Source: Octopus sinensis (taxonomy: Eukaryota). From it: a DNA stretch of 64,000 nt. The notes beneath the pieces are model-generated. The model was not told the DNA's origin and did not search any database. It saw only the letters and a program-made list of their open reading frames with translations. The translations under genes and the position numbers were made by a program. Below, in pieces: positions 36,127 through 48,572 of the stretch (within the stretch, counting starts at the first letter, position 1; each line of letters opens with the position of its first letter). The DNA lies in assembly GCF_006345805.1 (NCBI RefSeq), contig NC_043022.1, forward strand, positions 496,001-560,000, in the 5' to 3' direction.

Positions 36127-39100
36127 ATGCTCAGAATAGGTAGTATAAATGTACGTGGCTTGGGGTCGCCTTGGAAACAAGGCTACCTGTTAAATGACAT
36201 CAAGTCACTAAATCTGAATATCATAGCCATCAGTGAGACCAGACTCCACAGCTTGCGGGCACTCCAGCACATTTTCGGTACACATTTCAACATTTATTTT
36301 TCTCCGTGTCTACCGAGAATGGGCGGAGGTGGCACCGCGGTGCTTATCCGGAAGAGTCTGGATCTCAAAGTAAGAGCAAATTTCCTAGACCCGGAGGGTA
36401 GGCTGGTCGTTTTGGATGTCGATGGCAGCAATGAGTGTGCTTTTCGACTGATAGCAGTTTATGCTCCGTCCTTAACAGGCGACCAGATTTCTTTCGACGT
36501 CTAGAGTCTTTCATGGGAACGTCTCGTCCTTTACTTTTAGTGGGGGATTGGAATGCCACCCTGGACACGCATCTAGACTACGTGGGCAGAGATAGCAATA
36601 GAAGGGGATGCAAATGCCTCAAAGACCTGCTCAGACGTTTCCAACTGTCTGACAGGTACCGACTGGACCACCCGAATGTGCTAATGTGGACATGGAGTAA
36701 CCGCATCGGGTCGTCCAGATCATACTTAGATAGAGTATTCTGTAGGACAATAGATAAAAATAGTGTAGGTTGTCCACAATTTCATATAGTCAGTTACACA
36801 GATCACAAGTTTGTGACTTGTACACTTGACTTAGATAAGACACATAGGCAGGGTCCTGGTTACTGGAAACTGAACGCGTCTTTTACAGCACGACAGGTTT
36901 ACAGGGACCGGATCAGCACATTAGTTAAGAGAGCTTTGACGGTACCTACCATCATCAACAACAGATGGTGGTATGCCCTAAAAAAAGCGATTAAAGCAGA
37001 ATCAGTCAGATACAGTAGAGCCCTAGCATTAGACCGAAATAGAATAGAGGGAGAATTAGTTAAGGTTTTAGAAGAGGCACTTAGAACTGGCATCGCGTCC
37101 AACGTACTGGCGGCGAGATTGGCCCTCGACCAACACCTCAACGCCAAACACGAGGGATGCGTTGTCAGAGCTAGGATGCGTGCTCTGAGGAACGAAGGAG
37201 TTGGAGCCGCCCAAGAGGCCCGAGTGGGGAGACGCAACGAGGCAACAGAGCCACCATCAAGTCTCTTATAGATGAACAGGGGCGCGAATTGCTCGAGCCT
37301 AAAAGGATGTGTGGGGTTTTTCAACAACACTTCACCCAACTGTTTGGGACAAGTGGTGAATCAGAAAGCAGAGTGGACTTTAGTGCCTACCTGCATGCCT
37401 TGCCACGACTCTCAGCAAGGGAGGTGGAGTCTTGTGAAAAGCCTATCACAGCTGCGGACGTACAGGATGCGATGGTAGGCTGCGCGAGAGACAAGTCACC
37501 AGGCTTGGATGGTCTGCCCTACGAATTTTATTTTCATATGCCAGACTTGTTTGGAGACGTCCTGGCAGCTGTCTACTGCAACTGGCAGCAGAACGGGAGT
37601 ATTCCTGCTTTTGTAAAGCGAGGAGTAGTGGCACTGATCAAGAAAGACCCAAACAAGGGGGACGTCATAGATAATTTCAGGCCCATCACTCTGCTCAACG
37701 CAGATTTGAAAATTTTGGCCAAGGTGTTAGCCGAGAGGTTGGCGCTTGTCATCAAGAAACTAATCGACAAGGCGCAAACATGCGCCGTGCCGGGTAGAAG
37801 TATTCATGACAACCTCCATCTGATGCGCTACATCATAGACAGGGTAGTTAAAAATCCTGGCATGGGTGGGGCGCTGATCAATTTGGATCAATCAAAAGCC
37901 TTCGATAGGGTAGACCATCACTACTTGGAGGCTGTCCTCAAAGCGGCTGGTTTCGGTCCAGTTTTCCGCGGTTGGATCGCGCTGCTTATACAGCGGCATC
38001 CGCTCAGTAGTTGGCGTAAATGGTCATCTATCCAGACCTTTTAACATCATGCGTTCGGTTCGTCAGGGATGCCCCCTCTCATCGCTGCTGTATGTACTGA
38101 CTCTTGAGCCACTACTGCGGAAACTGGCGACGCTGAGGGGCATCCCACGAGAGCTGGGATGCGGGAGGAGCGTGTCTGCATACGCGGATGACGTCACCGT
38201 CATAGTGTCGAGCTACGAGCACATCGAGCTGGTCGGCGAGACACTGAAAGAATACGAAGCGGTAACGGGAGCAAAATTAACCGGGAAAAGTCAGTGGGCT
38301 TGCGGCTCGGCACCTGGAGAAGCAAGCCCATGCCGTCCAACAGCGTCTCCATCTGGGACGCTGGACGGACGGACCGGTTAATTGCTCGGGGTCTGGTTCG
38401 GTCCGGACCTCCAAATGGAGAGAACTGGGGCGAGATAACGACTAGGGTGGCTACTCTCACCCAGAAATGGACTGAGAGAAAGCTATCCCTAAAAGGTCGG
38501 GCGGAGGTGGCGAACGCGTACATCGCATCCGTCATCGAGTATCGTCTGACCGTCGTGCCTTCCCGACCCTACCATCACCAAACTGGAACGCATACTCTTC
38601 CGCTTCTTGTGGAAGGGAAACGTTCCGATGGTTAGGCGATCCATTTGCTGCCAACACCCGCTAAATGGAGGGCTGGGCATGCCGTGGTTGATGATGCGCA
38701 GACATGCGCTGAGACTGCGACATCTCCGGCGCTTCATAGACAACGGTGAACAGGGGTGGTCGCCTTTTGTGCGGCGCGCTTTCCCGCAGCTCGTCTCCTT
38801 GGACGAACTACAGTCATGGATCAAGCAGAGACCGAGGTTAGGCGAATGGCACCGCGAGTGTCGCGTTGCTCTCAAGCAACTCTGCCGTCCGGGATCGAAC
38901 TTGTGCGACTCCATCACAACAAAGGCATTCTATAGAGGATTAGTGGAGGGGAGGTGCGACGACGAACTCGGGCAGAGTCTGGGCGTCGACGAGGAACACC
39001 TGACCCGCCTGTTCAGGACAACTTTCGGGCCGGGACCTATGAACAATCACCAAAGATCCCTGGCCTGGCAGTGCTATCGAGAAGCATTACCTGTTCGGGA

Positions 39101-39558
39101 TAAGCTCTACAGACACGGTTCCAGACACACTGGACCGACTTGCCCGAGATGCGGTCAGAGCGACGAAACCGTTCTGCACGCCTCGTGCAATGTCCAACCA
39201 TTTCCGACCTGTGGGCTTATGCCGAACGGCTGCTGTCACGTGTGGGACGAATCCGCCTATCGGCCGAGTCTATCGTGAGGATTGCTCCGCCCCCTTCCCT
39301 CAACGGGAAGGCAAGGCAGTTTTCATCGTACTGGTGGCCATGGTGAAAGAATGTGTGTGGTGGACTCGAGCGAAAGGATTAGAGACAAACACTTACCTCT
39401 CTGGCCAATCGCTCATCAACTTTTTCAAGTACCACTTGAAAAGGAAGGTGAGAATGGGGAGGGAAGTTTTGTCTCGCGAAAGATTCAAAAAAAGATGGGT
39501 GAATGTTGCAAAGATGGTGCGTGCTAGTAACGAAACCATTTTGAGCATGATCCTGTAG
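36127..39558 (+). pseudogene. ORF2: AP endonuclease, reverse transcriptase and C-terminal zinc finger (several frameshifts)
   Basis: APE: GSINVRGL, AISETRL, VGDWNATL, SYLDRVF, TDHKFV; RT: FRPITLLNADLKILAKVL, DQSKAFDRVDH, VRQGCPLS, AYADDV; C-term WQCYREALPVRDKL..CPRC. Confidence 0.9.
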
Positions 39559-39858
39559 ATCGTAAAAAAGAAAGAAAGAGAGCATTTTTGACCTCATGTG
39601 TTTATTTCCTCCCTGACTGGGGTTCCCGTGGTCTTTTCTGTAGGCTTTTCTCCCACGGATGACCCAATCTTGTTATATCAATGTTTACACCATTATTTCT
39701 GTGATACACGATTTTCTTTTTTTCCTTTTTTTCCTCCTTTCGATCCCTTTTGATCGCAATCTTACATTTTTTTTATTTTTTTCCACCCTCGAAAAGAAAA
39801 GCTCTGCATTTGTATTTGTCCCCTCTGTATTCAGCCCTGTGTGGCTAATAAAAGAAAG

Positions 39859-39912
<54 letters not shown>

Positions 39913-40029
39913 CTCCAACTACAACTTTGTCTCGCTCTCTTTTTCCCTTTCTCTCTTCCTCCTCCTCTCTCTCTTTCTTTCCTCTCACTGTCTTTTACCC
40001 TCTCTGACTCTCCCTCTCTATCTGTGATC

Positions 40030-40042
40030 ATCAGCCTGTCTT

Positions 40043-40089
<47 letters not shown>

Positions 40090-40195
40090 ATCTATGCATA
40101 TTTTTTCTTTCTCTTTCTCCCCCTCTCTGGCTCTCTTTCCCTCTACTTCTAGGTCTCTTTTCCTCTCCCTCTCACTCTCTCCCGCTTCAACACTG

Positions 40196-40227
<32 letters not shown>

Positions 40228-40258
40228 TCTCTTCTCTCTCTCTTTCTCTCTCTCTCTT

Positions 40259-40305
<47 letters not shown>

Positions 40306-40440
40306 CCACTCTCTGTTTCTCTCTCTGTCAATCACTCTTCCTCATCTTCCTCTCCCTCTGTCTATCTCTTCCATCTTCTCTCTCTCTCAATCTATCTATC
40401 TACCTGCTTAGCTCTGTATCTATCTTTCCCCTCTCCCTCC
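40030..40440. repeat. (TC)n polypyrimidine tract
   Basis: Near-continuous CT repeats. Confidence 0.9.
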
Positions 40441-40870
40441 CCCTTCGCCCTCCCTCCAGCCATCACATCCTCCATGTTCTACTGAGTCAAAAGTAAGAAT
40501 GTTCGCGATGACGTAGTCGCTTAAAACAACTGCTGAAAGCACAGAACATGCCACCGGGTCGTACACGGTTGCCAGTGACAACTAAACTTCAGTTTTTACT
40601 CACTAAATATTTGTACAATCGGCAGATTTTCGTTACTCGTAATATTTTCGTCATATCCTTTAACTCGAGTGCAGAGCTCCGCACAAGTTCGAAATTAAAC
40701 ACGCAAGTCCGTTCTTGTCAAATATCCTTGCTGACACATCACATCCAAAAGGACGCTTCTAGGATATTAGTATGTAACAGCTTCCTTTCAACTGTTGGCC
40801 TTGAATACACTACAGCAAACTGATTTATATTTACTGCTGCTGCAGCTGCTATTAATAATAATAATAATAA

Positions 40871-41428
40871 TTGCCCTAATGCAGTACCAGGCAGTGGCTC
40901 TCATGGCTTCTGATCTTAATTGATTGGAAGTGTTATCATGTACATTGTGTTGTTTTGGTATAAAAGATGTGCTACAGCAAATATTCTGCTCAATACCACA
41001 GATTTGCTTGTCAGTTATTTGACCTTAACCAGTTAAGCATGACCCCTCAGTGGCTGATGATATGTGCATCTCTGATCACGAGCAGAAGTAGTGGGGGAGT
41101 ATCATAGCCATGTGTTGAGAGGGATTCTTAGAGGTTTGGATAATTCACCTTTGGAAATATGGGTGTTTCGTTCAACATCCTTAAACAACCCTTATTCAGG
41201 GACCTTTTGAGTAGGACGGGTTACTCGACCAGAAGAAAATTCTAACTGGGCCCCATTTGCAAGGTCATGTGCTATTTATCTTGATATGAGATCACCATGT
41301 CGCGCACATATGGTTGTGGTGCATGTGCCTTGTGTACCCTTATCAGACGGGTAGTCATGATGGGTATATTGGGCTTCATATATTTTACCCCAGTGTCACT
41401 TTGATGGCATGCACTGCTCTCTCACTCA
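40871..41428 (-). mobile_element. ~560-bp interspersed element flanked by (ATT)n (class unknown)
   Basis: Reverse complement of 61281-61786; (AAT)n at both ends. Confidence 0.75.
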
Positions 41429-41446
41429 ATAATAATAATAATAATT

Positions 41447-41615
41447 CTTTCTACTAGAGGCACTAGGCCTGAAATTTGGGGGGAGGGAAAAAGTCGATTA
41501 CATCAACCCCAATACGCAACTGGTACTAATTTTATTGACCTCCGAAAGAATGAAAGGCGAAGTTGACCTAGGCGGAATTTGAACTCAGGATGTAGCGCAG
41601 ACGAAATACCGCCTT
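41447..41615 (-). mobile_element. SINE family B with alternative tail 2
   Basis: B body plus tail CCCCCAAATTTCAGGCCTAGTGCCTCTAGTAGAAAGAATTATT. Confidence 0.7.
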
Positions 41616-41699
41616 AATAATACCGAAGAAGATTTACAAGTGAGAAATAGACTCTCTGAGAAGTCATTCGGCATGATAGAAAGAGAAGCTACATTCCTT

Positions 41700-42427
41700 T
41701 CAAATCACACGTGTGATCGTCACATTGACAGAGAAAGTTGAGCAGAGAATCTGCATCAAATTATGCCAAGAGATGGCGATACCTGCTCAGAGGCCTACGC
41801 AGAGTTTTCCAAACTTTTTCATCGTTCTCGACACAATCAATGAGATCTTCTGCAACTGAAACCCAAGGGTCTTTTTGGTCAGCTGAAAGCAGTTTTGGCA
41901 CAAAAGTGCTAGACACGCGTCTCATACCCAAATCTTCAGTGATAATGGACTGAACTGAACCGCAACTACACTTCACATCCTCTGATAACTCATGAATAGT
42001 GATTCGACGATTTCCAATCGCGTATGCTCATCTGTGATGTCTTCTCAGTTCTGCTGATTGCGGTTCTCCCAGAACGTTCGTCAATATCGACATTTTTTCG
42101 GCCATCTTTGAAACGTCTGAACCGCTCGTACACTTGTGTGCGGCTCATATACTCCACTCCATACACTTTCTGCAACTTTGCGTAGGCCTCTGTCTGGACA
42201 GATATCGTCATAACAACTTTCTCCGTCATGGTCAATGCGAATATCACACGCTACACACCTCCCTTCCAAGCACTGCTGTAAACAGCGGAAGTGAGCTAGA
42301 ACGATAACACTTGATGCCAATGCACAGCAGAATTCAAAGTCAGTCTGTGCCAAGCGGCTTTACTCTACGTGGTTTAGCTTTGTTACTATGGCAACAGTCC
42401 GGATACTTATTGATCAGACTTCGTATA
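41700..42427 (-). mobile_element. Rearranged mariner fragment with one TIR
   Basis: Minus strand: TIR ATACGAAGTCTGATCAATAAGTATCCGGACTG, EAYAKLQKVYG..SRTQVYERFRRFKDGR, LGMRRVSSTFVPKLL; a plus-strand EQRICIK piece at 41740-41812. Confidence 0.78.
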
Positions 42428-42549
42428 ACTTTACATGTATTACAAGTTAATTTTTGTACATACACACGCGCGTGTATGTGTGTGTGTGTGTGTGTTGCAA
42501 GTTTTTTTTATATTGCATTTATCGCAACATATATGTTATTTGTCATATA

Positions 42550-42820
42550 TCTCTTATTATAAAAGGCAGATTTTATCTGCCTCCCTTTGGGAGTTATACA
42601 AATCTACAATATAGGATTTCTTCAATTACAATTTACCTAGCATTTTTGAGAGTACAATGCATCGCGTCATGCCAGGTCCAGTTTTTAAAATTTAAACTCC
42701 AATTAAGCAAAATTTACAGAAAACTCACATTCTGGTGTGTGTGTCAAATGCTTTTCTTAGTCTGGTTTACACCACACGCAAACGCACACACACAGTGGGC
42801 AACGAATAAAATGAAAGTAA
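42550..42820 (+). mobile_element. Young 271-bp repeat, probable Helitron-family 5' fragment (copy 2)
   Basis: Near-identical to 13823-14093. Confidence 0.55.
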
Positions 42821-43114
42821 TTGACTTACTGTAGTGAGTGATTCTTTCACTCTGCCTCCCACTTCCTCTTTCCACACATAGACACGCAAATATATAAATA
42901 AAATTGTAAGCTAACGTGCGTGTGTGTGAGTGTGTGTGTGCGCGTGTGTGTGTGTGTGTGAGGGTGCGTGCGTGCGTGTGCGTGAGTGTGTGACAGGAAA
43001 GTTTTTTACGAAGAATATAAGACCTATATCCAAGTAGCAGAAAGATAAGACAGTAAGGTGTGATTTGAGGGAGATTTGGCTGCTATTTCTACCATGTCTA
43101 GCTGCCATCTGCTA

Positions 43115-43380
43115 GATTAAATCGAGGTAGGAGAGTGTGCGTCCTCTGGTATAGCGAGCAGATGGCTTCCAGAGGAGAAGAGTAGAAATTACCTCGTTTT
43201 CAGCTCTACAACAATGTCCAGCAAACTGGACTCTCCTACCTTTCACAAGAGATTATACAGGTGGCAGTTTCCCATATAATTGTACTTAAGTTGGATGCCG
43301 TTTCCACGAGAGATTTTGAGCTCTCATAGGGAGGCGAGTGTATGTTCCATCCAACCGCCTCTCAAGCTTCTTTGATAACG
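43115..43380 (-). pseudogene. RTE-like LINE ORF2 C-terminal fragment
   Basis: Matches 436-670 (DGTYTRL..AQNLSWKRHPT). Confidence 0.65.
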
Positions 43381-44089
43381 TATATAACATGATATAAACA
43401 TAAAACGATATAAATATGAGGCGTAAGACAAGTGAAAGAGGGAGAGATAATCCAATCGCTGAGATAAGTGACATTGGTTCCCCTAGGATGGATAAGTAGC
43501 AATCTGATCTGAGGTTGAATTCACCAGCTTTTATAACTCTAAGCCACCTTTCTAAAAATCTTCGACCAAACGGTTTGGCAGGAAAGCTCACGTACTTCTT
43601 TCGAATTTTACCGCGTCAGCCATAATGAGTCTGCGTCAACATCTTTAATGGCGATACCTTTCCTTTTTCTGAGTTCAAATTCCACTGATGTCCATTTTGC
43701 TTTTTATTCCTTCTGGGTCGATAAAATAAAGCACCATACAAGTAATATGGTTGATGACTTTGACTAACATTATTTCCTTCAAAACTGCCGGCCCTGTGCG
43801 CAAATTTGAATCCATACATTACACGTTGTTGTTTTTTTTTATCTGGACGGGAAAAAACATCGTTAAAAAGTAGTGGGTTTTCTTGTTATACTGAGTCAGG
43901 AAGGAAGGCAATTCCCATGACCAGTTGCAGAGCCACCGAAATTGGTGTGGGGTAGGGTGGAAGGTCTCTTTAAACAGGAAAATTGGCCCAAACGCTTGGA
44001 ACAGAATGGACTCCACTAAAGACACCCAAGAACTAGGTGGTGTTCTTAAACTGGACGATTGATTAAGTCTGCCACCCAGGTAGGCCAGG

Positions 44090-44620
44090 GCGGGATTTGA
44101 ACTCAAAACGCAAAGAGCCATAAGAAATACCGTAGGGTATCCGATCTGACTTTCTTACAATCCTGCTCATCCATCACCTTGAAGTGATACTTCTTCTTCG
44201 GTTCCGAAAGGATGAGAAGCAAACCCCACTTGACCATAGCGGGATTTGAACTCAGAACGCAAAGTGCCGAAACAAACACTGCAAAGTATCCGGTCCGACT
44301 TACAGTTTCGCTAATTCATCAGCCTGGATTGCAACGTTTTTATCGACCTCGAAAGGATGAGAGACAAAGCTGACTGCGGCGGGATTTGAACGTAGAACGC
44401 AAAGAGTCGAAACACTGTAAAATATCCGGTCCGACTTTCTTACAGTTCCATTAATTCATCAGCTTGGATTGGTAGGTTTTTATCGATTCCGAAAGCACGA
44501 GAAGCAGTGTTGATCCCGGCGGGATTGGAACATATTTGAAGAGCAGGATTTGAACAGCCCTCAGAGTCTGAACCGCGAAGTATTCTGTCCGACTCTCTAA
44601 CGGCTCTGCCAATTCACCGA
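44090..44620 (-). repeat. Tandem array of about 4 diverged SINE B 5' halves
   Basis: GCGGGATTTGAAC..AGAACGCAAAG..TATCCGGTCCGACT recurs with a period of about 130 bp. Confidence 0.7.
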
Positions 44621-44644
44621 TGCATGAGCTACAATGAATACTGG

Positions 44645-45900
44645 TGCAATGGCTGTCGCAATTGATGACAGTAAAGACAGATATACGTGTCATTGTGTGG
44701 TGATTTACAGAGATTTTACTGTATTTGTGTCTCTGATGGGGTGGAGAAGTGAAGAGGAAGATATTCTGAAATGTATCATGGAAACCATTTAAATGTTCAA
44801 CATCCCTGCTCAACGTAGATTCTCCATTTACTACTGTTGGATCAATGGCGACGGTGGGGAAACACGTGGTTGTGGTGGAAGAATCATCATGAAATACGTG
44901 ATAATGCTGTCGATTATCGCTGTGTTATTGATCCACAAAACTTGGCAGCTCTTCATTCCGATAGATTTTGAGGATGTAATGAAAGATATCGATGTTATGA
45001 ACCACGTTCGTGCACTCGCACTGAACCACTGAAAATTCCGTAATCTTCGACGCGAAATATGGTTAAGTTATCGTACCAATTCCAAATAAAAAAAATCAAA
45101 CAATCTGCTTTGCGTTAATTTTTCCACCTCCTTCAATCAATTCGTGTATTTTTATCGTTAAAATATCGTTAAAATTTTGAGTCTTCTCGTTAAACTGAGC
45201 GACAAGAATGGATGGCACATTTAGCATTTATGGTGGCCATCAGAGATCATCTAAACAAGATGAATTTGGGGACTCAATGGAAAGACAAAATGGTAGCAGA
45301 CGTGTCGACTTTAAATGACAGCAGACATGTTAACGAGAATATGTTTCGTTTGTTTGATGCACTCTTCACAAGTCACAAGCGGTCACTCACAATAAGAACC
45401 TTCAATCTTTGAAAATTACGTGGAAATTCGAGAAATTGGTTTTCTTTAGAAAATGTATAAAGTTAGAATTTTGAGAACTGTTTCCACCGTTTCCGATCAA
45501 AGAAAACTTTATTTTTGCTGGTTTACAATCCATGGATTATTCGTACAACCCGACGGATTAGCAGTCTATCTCCCTCATCTTTCAGAAGATATCATTCCCG
45601 AATGTCGGGTGGAATTTATTGAAATACAGTCGAATGATATTCTCAGGCGTCAACGAATCACGTTATTTCCAAGGTGACATTCCAGAAAGTTGACATTTTA
45701 GTGACATAGCTAGAATCAGTGCCGCCAAAGTATCTTTCGAATGAGCCGTGCTTCCTGCTCTCCCAAACCTATACAGGGAGTCCAAACGTGTCACACCCTT
45801 AAAACCAGACCGCCTCCTTCTAACTACGCTTCTGTGATATTCTAACACCAGGTTAATCAAGCGAAGAAACTTTTCTTCGTGTTTGGGGTTCTCATACTAG
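44645..45900 (+). pseudogene. Decayed hAT (SPIN/GTF2IRD2-like) transposase
   Basis: FEDVMKDIDVMNHVRALALNH*KF, EWMAHLAFMVAIRDHLNKMNL..WKDKMVADV, EFIEIQSNDIL resemble SPIN-type hAT motifs; many lesions. Confidence 0.55.
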
Positions 45901-46042
45901 TAAACTTCATACCAGTAAGCTTTTGTGTATATTTACTTTCTTTCGTTTTTTATCATTTCATTATATGTAAACCCTCACACTTTATATCCGTATTTGTATT
46001 GTCCCCCTCATCCGTCGCCCTTGTGGTAAATGAATGAAATTA

Positions 46043-46082
<40 letters not shown>

Positions 46083-46084
46083 CA

Positions 46085-46295
46085 TTTTCATTCTTTCAAT
46101 TCCGTTTCCATTTCTTGCCGAGTATCTTCCCGACACATAGGGCAGAGAAACGATACATAGGGCAGCCAAGATAAAACCTTCGCTCTCTGCCTTTAGCCCT
46201 GAGCTTCGTAGCCACTGACGGGTGTGCTTCTCGTCTACATCAGCTTGTTTGCTACAGGCCACGTATTTGTCATGCAAAACTGCCTTCCAACCAAC
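46085..46295 (-). pseudogene. R4/Dong-like LINE fragment next to (TAA)n
   Basis: WKAVLHDKYV..DEKHTRQWLRSSGLKAESEGFILAA resembles the LHG..WL..ETEG..AAQ motif; (ATA)n on its 3' side. Confidence 0.45.
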
Positions 46296-46353
46296 ACTTT
46301 CGACAACACAACACTTAGATGTGTGTGCGTCTGTGAATGCAGTACGTGTGTAT

Positions 46354-46397
<44 letters not shown>

Positions 46398-46700
46398 GTA
46401 TATATTATGTAGGTAGTTAGCGTAAATCTCAGCTGTTTTGTTATGTATGTATGTATGTATGTATGTATGTATGCATGTATTTATATCCATGCATGTACGT
46501 ATGTATATGTATACGGATGTGTTTGAGAGCAGACATATGTGTATCACTGTGTGTGTGTAAAACACACACACACATATACATTGGTTATATGCATATACAT
46601 ATACACATACACACACGCACACACACACATGTATATATATATATTCATATATATATGTTTATATATTTATATACATATATATGTCTCTCTCTCTCTCTCA

Positions 46701-46732
<32 letters not shown>

Positions 46733-47433
46733 TAATTTATATATGTGCGTGTGTGTGTGCATATATACATGTGTGTATATATATATATATATATATGTTT
46801 GTGTGTGTGTATTCGTATACACACACACGCATGCATAAGTATGTGTGTCAAAATGTGCTGCACCAAACACATACAAAGATCTCAAACTGTGGAACATTCC
46901 CATCCTATAATCCTATAATCATCTCAGTATCAGGAGATGATCGAGGTTTCGGAAACCGCTGACAATATCTTTCTATCAAAAGTTGTCTGGAAATAGGAAG
47001 AACCAGGCTGGGAACATCCGCCGAACTCTAGAGTATATTGTTATACTCAAGTAGCTTCGTATTTAGATACAAAATGTTTCTGCGAGAGCTGAACGCTTCC
47101 AGCAGCTCCGTTCGACTGGCGATGATGGCGTCTGTAGTTCAGTAATGTCATTGCGTACGTCAGTTCTCTTTCTTCATATGTTATACATACGCCAACACAC
47201 ACACGCACGCACACACGCACACACTTAAACACACACATAAATATATGTCTGTCTCATAAGAATTTTATCAACTTTTGCAATAATGCTGTTATTCATAGTT
47301 TTACATGTGCTTCGAGATTCCCTATTCCCCCCACTATAAAACTTATGTGTATGTGTTATGTGTGTGTGTGTGTATGTGTATACATATATGTGTATATACA
47401 TGTGTGTATACATGTGAGTGTGTGTATAATATT

Positions 47434-47469
<36 letters not shown>

Positions 47470-47644
47470 ATATTGATAGATAGATAGATAGATAAAGTCG
47501 TAATGGCAGAGAAATACTTTGATGGAATTATATTTAACAATAAGAAAATTCTAATATCACGACAAATTGTTTCATAACTTAAAAACATGTAAATAATTTA
47601 TATTATTATATTTAATAATAAACACAATACTTACGTGCCTACAT

Positions 47645-47997
47645 TAATCCTTTAGTCGAGCAAATCGACCCTAGAACTTATTGTTTGTAAGCCTAGTACT
47701 TATTCTATCGGTCTCTTTTGCCGAACCGGTCAGTTACGGGGTTGTAAACACATCAGCACCGGTTGTCAAGCGATGTTGGGGGGACAAACACAGACACACA
47801 AACATATATATATATATATATATATATCTATATATACGACGGGATTCTTTCAGTTTCCGTCTACCAAATCCACTCACAAGGCGTTGGTCAGCCCCAGGCT
47901 ATAGTAGCAGACACTTGCCCAATGTATGACGCAGTGGGACTGAAACCGGAACCATGTGGTCGGTAAGCAAGCTACTTACCACGCAGCCACTCATGCG

Positions 47998-48000
<3 letters not shown>
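47645..48000 (-). mobile_element. SINE family A, near full length
   Basis: Minus-strand head AGGCGCATGAGTGGCTGCGTGGTAAGTAGC..GGTTTCAGTCCC; body as in 5483-5843. Confidence 0.85.
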
Positions 48001-48040
<40 letters not shown>

Positions 48041-48541
48041 TACGTATGTACGTGCGTGTATGTATATGCATATATCAACATACCCGTCACTTGCAAGCGA
48101 GTATTACTTGGCCGCATGTACCTTGCTTTCGCAAATTTGATTTAGGTGTCTCTATCACAGCGAGTAGATATAGCCATCCATTGGTCCCTCGGTGCACTGG
48201 AGCATGCAGGATGTGACAACTGATGGAGGGGGAGAAAGCTGCTGCAGTACTCGTATGGTACTAGTGTGGTATTCGTTTGCAACAGAGCGCATCAAAGCAA
48301 TGTGAAATAAAGTGGTTTAAGTAGTGTTCCAGCCAATCACTGGGGCTAGGAGTTGAAACCGCGACCTCTATGACTGTGAATACAACACTCTAACCACTTC
48401 ACACACGCACATACACACACTCATTAATAACTAGTTTACAGTTTTATAAATCTGTTTCGATCGTCTTGATCTTATTTGAGAAGATCATTAAGATGATCCA
48501 AACGGATTTGTAAAACTGTAAAGCTAATTATATAGGAATGC

Positions 48542-48572
<31 letters not shown>

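Larger units (their letters stand above)
33718..39860 (+). mobile_element. Full-length Tx1/L1-type non-LTR retrotransposon
   Basis: 5'UTR, ORF1 with CCHC knuckle, ORF2 with APE, RT and zinc finger, 3'UTR with AATAAA; embedded in (ATCT)n on both sides. Confidence 0.9.
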
